Below are positions 27,341 through 36,970 of a DNA stretch of 52,307 bases, piece by piece. Every line of letters starts with the position of its first letter. Positions within the stretch are counted from its first letter, which is position 1. The position numbers were made by a program, and so were the translations under genes. The notes under the pieces are model-generated. The model made no database searches. It worked only from the letters and a program-made list of their open reading frames with translations, and was not told the DNA's origin. The stretch comes from Chlamydiota bacterium (GTDB lineage Bacteria; Chlamydiota; Chlamydiia; Chlamydiales; SM23-39), in the NCBI GenBank assembly GCA_038534095.1, contig JBCAXK010000007.1, forward strand, positions 1-52,307. The letters run 5' to 3'.

Positions 27341-28532
27341 CGATGCTCGCTCCTTTTTTTCTACGAAGATAGTCAGCATTTGCTGCTTCCCAACAAGGAA
27401 TCCCTTTGATCAGCCCCTCTTTGTGCTCAGTATGAATGCAAATTTGTCCCGTGGTTGCTACCGCAAATAGTTCCATCGTTGTCTGTCCCCCCGATTTTGT
27501 GCAGATAATGTCGCTTCTATGAAACAGCGCTCCAATCGTCGAAGATTGTTGATTAGAAACCGGGAGAATCGTCGTATTGATCCCTTTTTTTCGACTATAT
27601 TTCTCCCAAATTTCTGTTTGCAAAGCTCGATTTTCACCGCAACAGACTATAGCATAAATACGTCGATATTTATGGACACAACCCACATCTATGAGCGCTT
27701 GAACGTAGGATAAAAGTGATTTTTTCGGAGCACGAAATCCAAGTAGGATCGTAATTAATACGGCATTTTTTTCTACAAAAAGGGAGAACGTATTTTTTTG
27801 CAGTTGAAGACGGGGATCTGTATCGGCAAGGATTTCTAGCCTATTTCGTTCTTGAGGCGTTTTGTAAGAAAAGGAGATAAGGACATCTTCGTCCATCTCC
27901 CGTTTTTTTTCTATGTAAGGCAAAAACCCCTCTCGTACTAGGAAGGGTAGGGTCGTAATGTGTTTCATGGAAAGTTTGGTGTGTTTTTCCCAAAATTCTA
28001 CGCTTGTTTCTTGAGGTTCCAAAATAGGATCCGTTGTGATGAGGCGTAACAAATAGCGATCTTTTTTAGAAAGGCGTTTGATTCTAGGTAAAAAATGTAC
28101 AGCTTTTGCGCTGGGAGGGTCTGTCATCACTTTTTCTAAGACAAGATTTTTCCGATAAAGGCGATTGTACAAGCGGATTGCGGCAATAAGCGCTTTTGTG
28201 GCTAGAGGCTGCGTGTCGATGACCCGCTCTGGGTGACGCGTTTTTAAGAAAGAAAACAGTCCCCAAAAAACGGGCAGAGACAAAAGAGCATCGATACAAC
28301 GCTGCCTTGAGCCCATCCAATTTAAAAAAGATACGTTTCCTTGCATTTGCGCCTGATTCCAAAGGTTGGTTTTGAACCGACCAATCAAACCCGGTAGCCA
28401 ATCTTTGAGAAGGTCTTTTTGTACAAAAGTCGGTGAGATTTCAGGCTGCTCCCGGAGCACCTTTTCTTGCATGGCTTTCGCTCCAGCTAGATGCCCGCCT
28501 CCTGAAGAAGATGTGATGATAAGAATCGTCAA
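27291..28532 (-). CDS. GT28-like glycosyltransferase (MGDG synthase/UgtP-like)
   Basis: ILIITSSSGGGHLAGAKA, IDTQP, VMTD, VCCGENRAL, TKSGGQTTMEL, WEAANADYL. Confidence 0.8.
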   Translation of the reverse strand: MTILIITSSSGGGHLAGAKAMQEKVLREQPEISPTFVQKDLLKDWLPGLIGRFKTNLWNQAQMQGNVSFLNWMGSRQRCIDALLSLPVFWGLFSFLKTRHPERVIDTQPLATKALIAAIRLYNRLYRKNLVLEKVMTDPPSAKAVHFLPRIKRLSKKDRYLLRLITTDPILEPQETSVEFWEKHTKLSMKHITTLPFLVREGFLPYIEKKREMDEDVLISFSYKTPQERNRLEILADTDPRLQLQKNTFSLFVEKNAVLITILLGFRAPKKSLLSYVQALIDVGCVHKYRRIYAIVCCGENRALQTEIWEKYSRKKGINTTILPVSNQQSSTIGALFHRSDIICTKSGGQTTMELFAVATTGQICIHTEHKEGLIKGIPCWEAANADYLRRKKGASIVNPPVFHDYLHDFFSE

Positions 28533-28827
28533 AATAGGTCCAATGTTTTACCACGCAGGCTAGGCGCTGCCGCCTTCTAAGCAAGGTTTTGTCGTTGCAT
28601 CAAACGATACCCTCTGCAGTGCTTATTCTCACTCAGTTTTTTGAGAAGAATGGTCCCATGATGGCTAGGAAGACTTGTTGCGAAAAAGGCTTCATAGCCA
28701 AAGCGAGAATATGGCAGTGAAAAATCCTCCACTTTCTATTCCTGATCAGATCGACTCTTTTACTCGTGAAAATACTGCTGATGGCACGATTGACTAGAAC
28801 CATCATACTTGCGTTAAGAGAAATTTT

Positions 28828-29187
28828 TCAAGATCCTAAGAAAGCGCCTAGAAATAGCATTCCTAGTAACTGAAAGAGCTGATCGATCATCCATTGGGCC
28901 GGTTTTTTGATAGAAAAAATGGAACTAGGCAAAAGCAGCCCCAACGAAAAAAGTGCTCCCACAAGTAATCCATGCCTTGTAGATGGGGAAGAGAGTATCA
29001 TTAGGGTGACCTGCACAAATAGCGCTAGGAGGCAAGCAGCCAATACTTCGACTAGCCACCATAGTTTCTTAGGGTTTTTCGGGAAAAGGGGTTCTATCCC
29101 GAAGAGATACGAGGAGTACCAAAGCTGTTTTAAACAAAAATAGATACTACCAGCAAAAAAAACAGCCAAAAAATCGAGATACATCAT
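28828..29187 (-). CDS. Small 4-TM membrane protein (DUF1761-like)
   Basis: LWYSSYLFG motif after TM1; four hydrophobic helices; start overlaps the upstream stop. Confidence 0.7.
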   Translation of the reverse strand: MMYLDFLAVFFAGSIYFCLKQLWYSSYLFGIEPLFPKNPKKLWWLVEVLAACLLALFVQVTLMILSSPSTRHGLLVGALFSLGLLLPSSIFSIKKPAQWMIDQLFQLLGMLFLGAFLGS

Positions 29188-30269
29188 CCAAGTGGTAAGG
29201 TAAGGACGGGAGCGGTTGTTGTGACCCCTCGCGATTGCAAATTATACAGCTGCAAGAGTAGAACAAACGTCTTTTTTGAGACAAGATCATCTTCCCGAAT
29301 GTAAAACCAGCGGTTTTTATACTCTACTGAAACGTACGCACTTGTCGGTTTGCAACAAGCACAATCAACGCGAAGCAATGTACCAACTACATCTCCCCAA
29401 TTTTCTTCCCCACTTCTTGTCATCGGGACACATCCTGCAAAAATATCTTCCTCAGGCACTGCAACGCCGCTTGATAGGTAGTACATGCAAGACAAAATGG
29501 ACCGAGGCATAATACCAATCTTGCCTTCTCGATTGAAACCGAGTTGCAAATTGAATACGTACGATCGCTCTTTTTCTTCAACATCAGAAACAAGAGAAGC
29601 AAGCCGCTGTGCCTCTTCCCCTTTTTTGGGGAAACGGACCTGCAAAAAGTAGGTGAGTTTACCTGGCCCTTCTTTGGGACACTCCTTCACTTTTACGCCG
29701 ATTTGGAGCTCAGCTCGTCTTTGAAAATAACGCAAAAGATCGGTTACTTCAAAAAACCTTTCATACTTTGGCATGTAATCGGGTATAGGGCTAGATGCTT
29801 CTGGGGCGTTTAGAAATACATCAAAACTTTGTACAGCAATCCGAAACACCAAACTCAAATCCCATCCAGATAAAATCAATTGCTGTAAAGCGCTCAAATC
29901 AATCGGATTTAAAAGCTGCGAGGCAAATGCGTGCCCTTCAAGAGGAGTATACTGAATTGTTGGCTGGTTTTGCCAAAAAAGCTCTCCTCCAAAAACCGAC
30001 GGGTTCTGTGAGGTGAATCCTGGAATAGGTATCTCGGCTGTCGTTGAGGTTCTGTAGGTAAATTGCGTAGTGATATTGCTCACATTGAGAAAAAATGGCG
30101 TATCCAAATAGCGCAAACGGACAAGATTGAGAAGCATTTGTTCGTTATTCGTTCTTTGGAGCGACTGGTTATAGGCAGCCCGTCCCGAATGTCCGTAAAA
30201 CGCGGAATAGCTACTAACTCCGCACGAACTGAGTCCTATTGCAAGAAAAAAGGCAATCACTATACGCAT
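29184..30269 (-). CDS. Putative lipoprotein of unknown function
   Basis: Lipobox LSSC after a signal helix; YNQSL...EQMLLNLVRLRY.D.PFFL, PTIQYTPL.G, WFYI..DD..SK.TF conserved-looking blocks. Confidence 0.8.
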   Translation of the reverse strand: MRIVIAFFLAIGLSSCGVSSYSAFYGHSGRAAYNQSLQRTNNEQMLLNLVRLRYLDTPFFLNVSNITTQFTYRTSTTAEIPIPGFTSQNPSVFGGELFWQNQPTIQYTPLEGHAFASQLLNPIDLSALQQLILSGWDLSLVFRIAVQSFDVFLNAPEASSPIPDYMPKYERFFEVTDLLRYFQRRAELQIGVKVKECPKEGPGKLTYFLQVRFPKKGEEAQRLASLVSDVEEKERSYVFNLQLGFNREGKIGIMPRSILSCMYYLSSGVAVPEEDIFAGCVPMTRSGEENWGDVVGTLLRVDCACCKPTSAYVSVEYKNRWFYIREDDLVSKKTFVLLLQLYNLQSRGVTTTAPVLTLPLG

Positions 30270-30722
30270 AATTTTGTTTGTAAAAAAAATGCGTATTAAA
30301 ATCTACCAGGAGCTGTTTAGATGGAGTGAATTTTTCTTTTAACGATGTGAAGGCTTTGCTAAAAAATTTGCCGTTCCATAAGAACATCTCCTTGCAGAAA
30401 TGTAGCCTTGGGAAACGGTCACTGAAAGCCTAATGCTTTCGGAATCATGACGTAGGGAACATCCCTGTAAAGAATTTCTCCAGGGGGATTGGACGTACTA
30501 CTATTCCTAAAATATAGGGTGATAAGAGGTGAGCATTTAGCAAACCGCTGCTACAAAGATTACGATACGAGTACACTTTCTTGTTGTCACGCATAGAATA
30601 GACAAATACTCTAAAGAGGACAGGCAATCTCTATCCAAGATTTTGGGCTAATTGATGAAAATATTTTTCATGGTGTTGCTTACAACAAGATTGTAGCAAA
30701 CAGGAAAACATCCAAAAGCAAA

Positions 30723-31733
30723 CTACCCTTTTTGCGGAGCGATAACGCGCCGATATTCGTAGATACACCCAGAACCGACCGTTGGACCAAAACAGCCACT
30801 GATTTCTTTTGCATGTCCGAAATCTTCATCATAATCTTTCTGACAATGGAAGCTACAGCAGAAAAACGGCCAGCATTCCATGACGCTTAAGCGACAAGAG
30901 TTATTTGTGGTGATACTTGTGCATTTAGATTGGCCGAAAGAGCAACAAGCAACCTGATCATAAACACTTTCTAACCGATAACAGCAACAACAAGTATGTT
31001 CTTTATGTTTATGCACAATGCATCCATTGCATGCTGTAAAATACTCATCCTTGTCTTTGTAGGAAGTTTTTATAATGAGCTTATTTTCCCCATCTTGTGC
31101 TACTTCACGAATGGGACGAACGAAGGGGAACAGTTTTTCTATCCGACAAGCATTAAGAAGTCCCCGATCCTTTTCCCAGACACGCTCGAAAATCGGCTGC
31201 ATACATCTAGCAGCAATCCAAGTGCTCTTTTCCTCTTTTTTCGAAGTACAAGGGAATATATGAAAGGCATTTCGATTGATCCTTTTTGAATACGAAGGGA
31301 GATTAGGATCAGAAAAATTGAGACCGTTCACCCAAGCTTCGAAGTGGGCGTAAGCGCGCCTTAAAGCGATGTACATGGATCCCCTACCATTGATGAAGGT
31401 AATGGCATAAGCAACTAAGGAACCCAAAAAACATCCAAGAGCCACGAAACTCAAAAAGCAAGCTCCTATAAATGATCGCCCAGATCGACCGCACTTCTCC
31501 GCCCAAGGCTTATCAACAAAAAGAAATGCGACAGAACGGACAAGATGTACAAGAGAGCTCAGAGGAGAGGTTATGGTGAGTAGAAAAAACTTTTGCATTG
31601 TGACTCTTTCCGGAGAAAAAGCATGCCGATCATCGTTAAAAACGAGCCTGTTATTATGAGATGTGAATGTTGTAAGGTAAGGGCGTTTAGTAATTTGATC
31701 TCCATACTGCAAAAGAACGCGTATCGATCCCAT
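30723..31733 (-). CDS. Cys-rich hypothetical membrane protein, copy A (336 aa)
   Basis: Starts MGSIRV; two hydrophobic segments; C-terminal CCCC/CC clusters; paralog of 32370-33122. Confidence 0.75.
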   Translation of the reverse strand: MGSIRVLLQYGDQITKRPYLTTFTSHNNRLVFNDDRHAFSPERVTMQKFFLLTITSPLSSLVHLVRSVAFLFVDKPWAEKCGRSGRSFIGACFLSFVALGCFLGSLVAYAITFINGRGSMYIALRRAYAHFEAWVNGLNFSDPNLPSYSKRINRNAFHIFPCTSKKEEKSTWIAARCMQPIFERVWEKDRGLLNACRIEKLFPFVRPIREVAQDGENKLIIKTSYKDKDEYFTACNGCIVHKHKEHTCCCCYRLESVYDQVACCSFGQSKCTSITTNNSCRLSVMECWPFFCCSFHCQKDYDEDFGHAKEISGCFGPTVGSGCIYEYRRVIAPQKG

Positions 31734-32115
31734 ATTTCGCCTCAAAAATTTAATGAACGATTCATTTTAATCGATAGAAAAATTTGAACGCAACAGATTA
31801 TGAGAACCAGGTGGAAGCAAAAATCGTAGACCATTTTTGTTTGATTGAAAGTTTCATACTTCTCTTGCACGCAGAATTCTGCAAGTACATGCTTCATGCA
31901 AAAGGAATGTGAAAAACAGCTACACTTAGGTAAGGAGATAAAAAGGTGCGAACAACACTTTTTATCAGCACATGACGGGCGTTTCCTCATAAAAATTCTT
32001 CGCCCCTCTAACAAATGATTTCTTAGTCTTTGCATCAAAAATATTTTGTAGGGAAGATCATGAGAAATAATCGTGAACGATCCCCAAGATAGAATAGAAG
32101 CGGGAAAAATGGTGA

Positions 32116-32252
32116 TTGATGAAACATCCTTTTTTTCTTGTCTTATTTTTTGACAATACGCCTTTTCTCGCGCGCTTACCACCAGCTCTCTTGGGTAAGA
32201 TACGGATTACGTTTGGAAAAACAAACTACTTCCCGTTTAAAAAGCTGATCGT
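32116..32252 (+). pseudogene. Frameshifted 5' fragment of the C39-peptidase gene
   Basis: ggtgattgatgaaa...gatacggattacgtttggaaaa...aagctgatc matches 33561-33709 but has indels that break the frame. Confidence 0.8.
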
Positions 32253-32369
32253 TCTAAAAAATGGCGTCCTAATTTATAAGAACATCGCGCCCCGATACAA
32301 ACTGTATCTATGAAACAAGAAACGGTTTAGAAACCAATGATCTTTCTTTTCGGGGCTATAAGCTCGCTA

Positions 32370-33122
32370 CTATCTATAAACACATTCAGAACGAACCGTT
32401 GGACCAAAACAACCACTAATTTTTGTTGCTTGTCCGAAATTTTCATCACAATAGAAGGCTTTTATAATAAGCGTATTTGTCTCTTCTTGTACTAATTCGC
32501 GAGTAGAAGGAATAGAGGGAAACAACTCGTCTACGAGACAAGGATCAAGGAGTCCCCCCTCTTTTTCCCAAGCATGCTTGCAAACTGGCTGCATACATTT
32601 AGCAGAAAACCAAGTGCTCTGTTCCTCTTTTTTCAAAGTGCAAGGAAAAATATAGAAGGCATTTTGATCGCTTTTTTTCGAATAAGAAGGGTGATGATCC
32701 GTAAGATTGAGACCGTTCACCCAAGCTTCGAAGTGCGCGTAAATGCGTCTTAGAATGCTGTACATAGATCTCCTACCATTGATGAACGTAATGGCGTAAT
32801 CGGCTAAAGACCCCAAAAAACATCCAAGAGCCACGAAACTCAACAAGAAAGCTCCTATAAGTGATCGCCCAGATCGACCGCACTTCTCCATCCAAGGCTT
32901 ATCAACAAAAAGAAATGCGACAGAACGGACAAGATGCACAAGAGAGCTAAAAGGAGATGTTATGGTGAGTAGAAAAAACTTTTGCATCGTGGCTCTTTCC
33001 GGAGAAAAAGCATGCCAATCATCGTTAAAAACGAGCCTGTTATCATGAGATGTGAATGTCGTAAGATAATGGCGATTGCTAGTTTCATCCCCATATTGTA
33101 AAAAAACGGGTATCGATCCCAT
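32370..33122 (-). CDS. Paralog copy B (250 aa) lacking the Cys-rich block
   Basis: Starts MGSIPV; aligns with copy A except for a ~75-aa in-frame gap and an earlier stop. Confidence 0.72.
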   Translation of the reverse strand: MGSIPVFLQYGDETSNRHYLTTFTSHDNRLVFNDDWHAFSPERATMQKFFLLTITSPFSSLVHLVRSVAFLFVDKPWMEKCGRSGRSLIGAFLLSFVALGCFLGSLADYAITFINGRRSMYSILRRIYAHFEAWVNGLNLTDHHPSYSKKSDQNAFYIFPCTLKKEEQSTWFSAKCMQPVCKHAWEKEGGLLDPCLVDELFPSIPSTRELVQEETNTLIIKAFYCDENFGQATKISGCFGPTVRSECVYR

Positions 33123-33565
33123 ATTTTTCCTAAAAAGTATTGAGAAGTCTATTTTAATTGATGGAAAAATTTGAGCGCAATAGATGATAAGAATCGGGCG
33201 CAAGCAAAAATCGCAGGTAATCTTTGTATAATAGAAACAGAAAAACGACTTTTACATAAAATTGATTATTTAATAAGTTTTCTATTTTGTTTAATTAAAA
33301 ATTGCATATCTGTCTTGTAATGAGAACCGTTCAACTGAATTCTTTATGCAAAAGGATTATCAAAAACAGCTGAACTTAGGCAAGAAGATCAAAAGCTGCG
33401 AACAACACTTTTTATCAGAACCTGATGAGCGTTTCCTGATAAAAATCCTTTGCTCTTCTAACAAACAATTTGTTAGTCTTGGTATAAAAAATATTTTGGG
33501 TTGAAGATACTGAGAAGTAATCGTGAATAATCCCCAAGATGGAATAGAAGAGCGAAGAACGGTGA

Positions 33566-34570
33566 TTGATGAAATATACTTCTTTTTTCTTGTCCTTTTT
33601 TTTGACAATGAGCGTTTTTGCAATCACCTACCATCATGAGTGCTCTTTTAAGGAAGATACTGATTACGTTTGGGAAAAAACAGATTGCCTCCCTTTTGAG
33701 GAGCTGATCATCAGCTGGAATATGACCCGTCCCAAGGCAGGCTCTCTCCACATTTATGCATCGTTATTACAAGAAACGTGGTCCCCAGAATTCCTTTATG
33801 CTGCGTGGGGAAAAGATCAGCAAAAAAGCTTTTCTTCCCCAAAAGAAGGCGCCTGCGCTCGGGTATTTCAAGATGCTCTTACCACCCTTTCTGCAACAAA
33901 AGCTCGAGGATTTAGAATTCGATGCACTACGAAAGATGGGGCCTCTTTAACTGATCTAGTATCGATCCATGCGGCTACCTTCAAGAAGTGTAATGAAGTA
34001 AAAAACGGGATGTCAGAGCTCCCTTCTGATCGAATACTCCTTGATGTTCAGGGTCTATCTCAAATGGCCTTGAACGATCCAAGAAACTTTCGTCTTTGTT
34101 CTCCCACATCTACAACGGCTGTGCTCCGCTTTTTGTGTCAGGATCAAATGATTGATCCGATTCATTTTGCAGAAAAATGCTTAGACCAAACATTTGATAT
34201 TTTCGGGAACTGGGTGCTCAACGCAGCCGAGGCGAATCACTACCTTAGAAATACCGAATATTTTTGCTATGTCGAAAGATGCCAAGGCATGAAAGACCTG
34301 TACGCTTCTTTACGCTCTGGATATCCTATTGTTGTCAGCGTAAAGGGAAGTATTGAAGGCGCCCCGCTTCCCTACAAAAATGGCCATTTACTGGTTATTT
34401 GCGGAATAGATACAACAACAAAAAAGGTTCTGTGTATGGATCCTGCTTTTGGAGCAGATAGAGAGACAAAAACGAGTTATTCCATCGATTCTTTTGAAGC
34501 TGCTTGGAAAAAACGGCACTACTTAACCTACACTTTTAGAAAAAAATCGGACCTATTTCAGAAAAAATGA
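33566..34570 (+). CDS. Exported C39-like cysteine peptidase (Peptidase_C39_2-type)
   Basis: Signal peptide; SQM...LCSPTS (catalytic Cys), FGNWVLN, GHLLVICG (His), MDPA (Asp). Confidence 0.88.
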   Translation: MMKYTSFFLSFFLTMSVFAITYHHECSFKEDTDYVWEKTDCLPFEELIISWNMTRPKAGSLHIYASLLQETWSPEFLYAAWGKDQQKSFSSPKEGACARVFQDALTTLSATKARGFRIRCTTKDGASLTDLVSIHAATFKKCNEVKNGMSELPSDRILLDVQGLSQMALNDPRNFRLCSPTSTTAVLRFLCQDQMIDPIHFAEKCLDQTFDIFGNWVLNAAEANHYLRNTEYFCYVERCQGMKDLYASLRSGYPIVVSVKGSIEGAPLPYKNGHLLVICGIDTTTKKVLCMDPAFGADRETKTSYSIDSFEAAWKKRHYLTYTFRKKSDLFQKK

Positions 34571-34616
34571 GTCTTTATAAAAGGTGGGAATACAGGAAGG
34601 CAAAACCATAGCCCCG

Positions 34617-36080
34617 TCAGTCTCTAACTGGTGGATATTTTTTTAGAGTAAATACCCGAATTTTTTTCTCTCTACCTGCTAAATGCACTAAACCTAAATC
34701 CTCCCAAAAAAATGATTTTTGTAATGCTTTTTGCGTCTCTTCTGACACCAATATGGGAACGGAAAATTCTTTCGTCTTTTTTTCAATTCTCGCAGCAACA
34801 TTCACAGCATCGCCAACAGCTGTATATTCCATCCGCTCTTCAGTCCCAATATTTCCTACAACAGCGTTCCCGGTATGAATCCCAATGCCAATCGAAATTT
34901 TGGGATTGCCTTCTTGATCCCATTTTTTCAAAAGAACCTCTAGAGATCGCTGCATCGCAAGCGCGCACTCAACGGCGTGGAGCTCTTGCTGCGCATCATC
35001 TAAAGGTGAGCCGAACTCCACCATAATTCCGTCTCCTAAAAACTTATCTAAAGTGCCATGATGCGCGAAAATCGCATCTAACATGTACTGAAAATATTCG
35101 TTCAGCAAAGCGACCACCTTTTCAGCAGAATGATCTTCCGCGAGCGTAGTAAAGTCTCGAATATCTGCAAATAGGACGGTGATTTTTCGGCTCTCTCCCA
35201 TAAGAGAAATCGAAGTGTTAGAATGAAGGATTTCTTCCAAAATATGGCTCGAGACATACCGGGAAAAATTCTGCTTGAGGTTTTCTCTCTCTTGAAGGCC
35301 TTGGCGCATATCATCAATTGCGCTTGCTAACTGAGAAAATTCATCTTCGGTTTCGAGATGGATAGGGTTTTCTAAATGCCCCTTTTTGATCGTACGCACA
35401 TCTTCACAAAGGCGCCCTAAAGCAAAAGAGAATTTTTTTCCAAGAACTATGGCGATGCAGAAGCAAATAACGGTAGAAAACAGCCAGGCAAATATACCGT
35501 AGACTAGAATAGGACGCATTTCTTGCAAAATCCTATCAGAACGCACACTGACTAAAACTGTTGCGAGGTAGTGATCGTCTTGATCAAAAATCGGAGCGTA
35601 CCCAATGAGCCAAACCCCATAACGGTCTTTTACAAAGCCGTTAGGAGAAAAAAGCCGGTCTAAATCGATCCGCTCCCCATGCAAGCCTTTTTCTTCATAC
35701 ACCTCTCCAGTAGGAATAGGCGTCCCTTCAGCGGGAGCATCGAGCACCACTCTTACTAAATCCTGACCACGAATAGAGGGACGGACAAGCAGAATATCTT
35801 CAATAAAAACGCCGTGTTGCCTTTGGATCACTCTCTCTGCATCTAGCGATTCTTTGATCTTTTCATACGGTAGCGAATCCATATCTTGAGGGGCGCTAAT
35901 CCTCTCAAGATCTTGAGCGAAAATTTTTAATGATAAGCTAGCAGCAATGCTCAACATTTTACTCGAAAGCTCTTGAAAAAGAAGCTGCTTTGCTTTGTAG
36001 TAAATGGGAATCGTAGCACTGACAGATGCGACCAAAGCAACTGAAAGAAAGGCAACACAGAGTTTGGTTTGATATTTCAC
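34617..36080 (-). CDS. Membrane-bound class III adenylate cyclase (TM, periplasmic sensor, TM, HAMP, cyclase)
   Basis: DEFSQLA HAMP; TVLFADIRDFT, DKFLGDGIM, IGIGIHTG, GNIG, YTAVGDAVNVAARIE. Confidence 0.95.
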   Translation of the reverse strand: MKYQTKLCVAFLSVALVASVSATIPIYYKAKQLLFQELSSKMLSIAASLSLKIFAQDLERISAPQDMDSLPYEKIKESLDAERVIQRQHGVFIEDILLVRPSIRGQDLVRVVLDAPAEGTPIPTGEVYEEKGLHGERIDLDRLFSPNGFVKDRYGVWLIGYAPIFDQDDHYLATVLVSVRSDRILQEMRPILVYGIFAWLFSTVICFCIAIVLGKKFSFALGRLCEDVRTIKKGHLENPIHLETEDEFSQLASAIDDMRQGLQERENLKQNFSRYVSSHILEEILHSNTSISLMGESRKITVLFADIRDFTTLAEDHSAEKVVALLNEYFQYMLDAIFAHHGTLDKFLGDGIMVEFGSPLDDAQQELHAVECALAMQRSLEVLLKKWDQEGNPKISIGIGIHTGNAVVGNIGTEERMEYTAVGDAVNVAARIEKKTKEFSVPILVSEETQKALQKSFFWEDLGLVHLAGREKKIRVFTLKKYPPVRD

Positions 36081-36150
36081 AAAAGCTTTGGGGTAAAATT
36101 CTTTCTTCGTAGATGCCTGCGCAAACTGAAAACTAGGCAGGATGCCCCTT

Positions 36151-36567
36151 CTAGTTGCAGTGCGTCTTCATTTTCCGTAAATTTGTAGCAATAAGTTCTA
36201 AATGAATGCCTTTTGACAAACTTTGACAAATATCGAGAAAATGCTCTTTGACAATACCTCCGATACGGTCGGTGTATTTATACGCCTCATCTAACAGGCT
36301 GCTCAATTTTTCATAATCTTTCTCCAGCTTAGAAAAAGCCTCGATCTTTAGCCCCTCTAACGCAAATGTCTCATCCAACCGCTCTGAATCGTTTTTTGCT
36401 ACGCAGAGCCTTTCTTGACTTTTATCGATCTTTTTTTGATTTTCTCGATCTTTTTTTTGAATGTTTTCTATACATACAAGCGCTTCGTCAATCACTTTAC
36501 TGAGTAGATGGTGATCTTTTTCTTCCAGATGATGAAACCCTTCTTTTTTGGTCTGTTTTTTCGTCAT
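36151..36567 (-). CDS. Hypothetical helical/coiled-coil protein
   Basis: 138-aa charged helical ORF with an AAGGAAG RBS. Confidence 0.65.
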   Translation of the reverse strand: MTKKQTKKEGFHHLEEKDHHLLSKVIDEALVCIENIQKKDRENQKKIDKSQERLCVAKNDSERLDETFALEGLKIEAFSKLEKDYEKLSSLLDEAYKYTDRIGGIVKEHFLDICQSLSKGIHLELIATNLRKMKTHCN

Positions 36568-36970
36568 TGTACTTCCTTACCTAAAAAATTACTATTATTC
36601 ACTAAGCAATAGCTGTCAATTTTTATTTCTACTAGCCTTTGTTGTAAAAGGTGGTTTGATGCTAACAATTTGATGATTTTCTCAAAAACCCGAATTGAAA
36701 CAAATAGGCAAAGAGTTAATATATTTTTTGAAATAAACAATCAAGTCTTGCTTTTGTCTATGCTGATTAAAAACTTAAGTCATTATTTTTTAATTATTTA
36801 CAAGTAGACAAAAAAAATCTATCTTAACAGAAAAACGCTTTTAAGGCGCAAAAAAATTAAACACACACACCTTCCCAGCATCTACATGGGAGGAGGAGCG
36901 CCGGGGAAAACTCCTATCGCAATAAATCCGTTTATTTTATAATGATGTAGTAATATCCCGATCAGAATTT

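Larger units (their letters stand above)
30723..33718. repeat. Diverged tandem segmental duplication: unit A about 30723-32252, unit B about 32345-33718
   Basis: Long near-identical runs (e.g. gatcgcccagatcgaccgcacttctcc, aaggcttatcaacaaaaagaaatgcgacagaacggacaagatg) at an offset of about 1.39-1.45 kb. The shared region covers the CDS, the intergenic DNA and the start of the C39 gene. Confidence 0.93.

Noticed and set aside
31742..32182. 146-aa minus ORF and its counterpart 33360-33623, open in both duplicate copies
   Set aside because: Overlaps the peptidase start or stub on the other strand, the ends differ between copies and substitutions look unconstrained. Shared openness is explained by common descent, though a small gene is not fully excluded.
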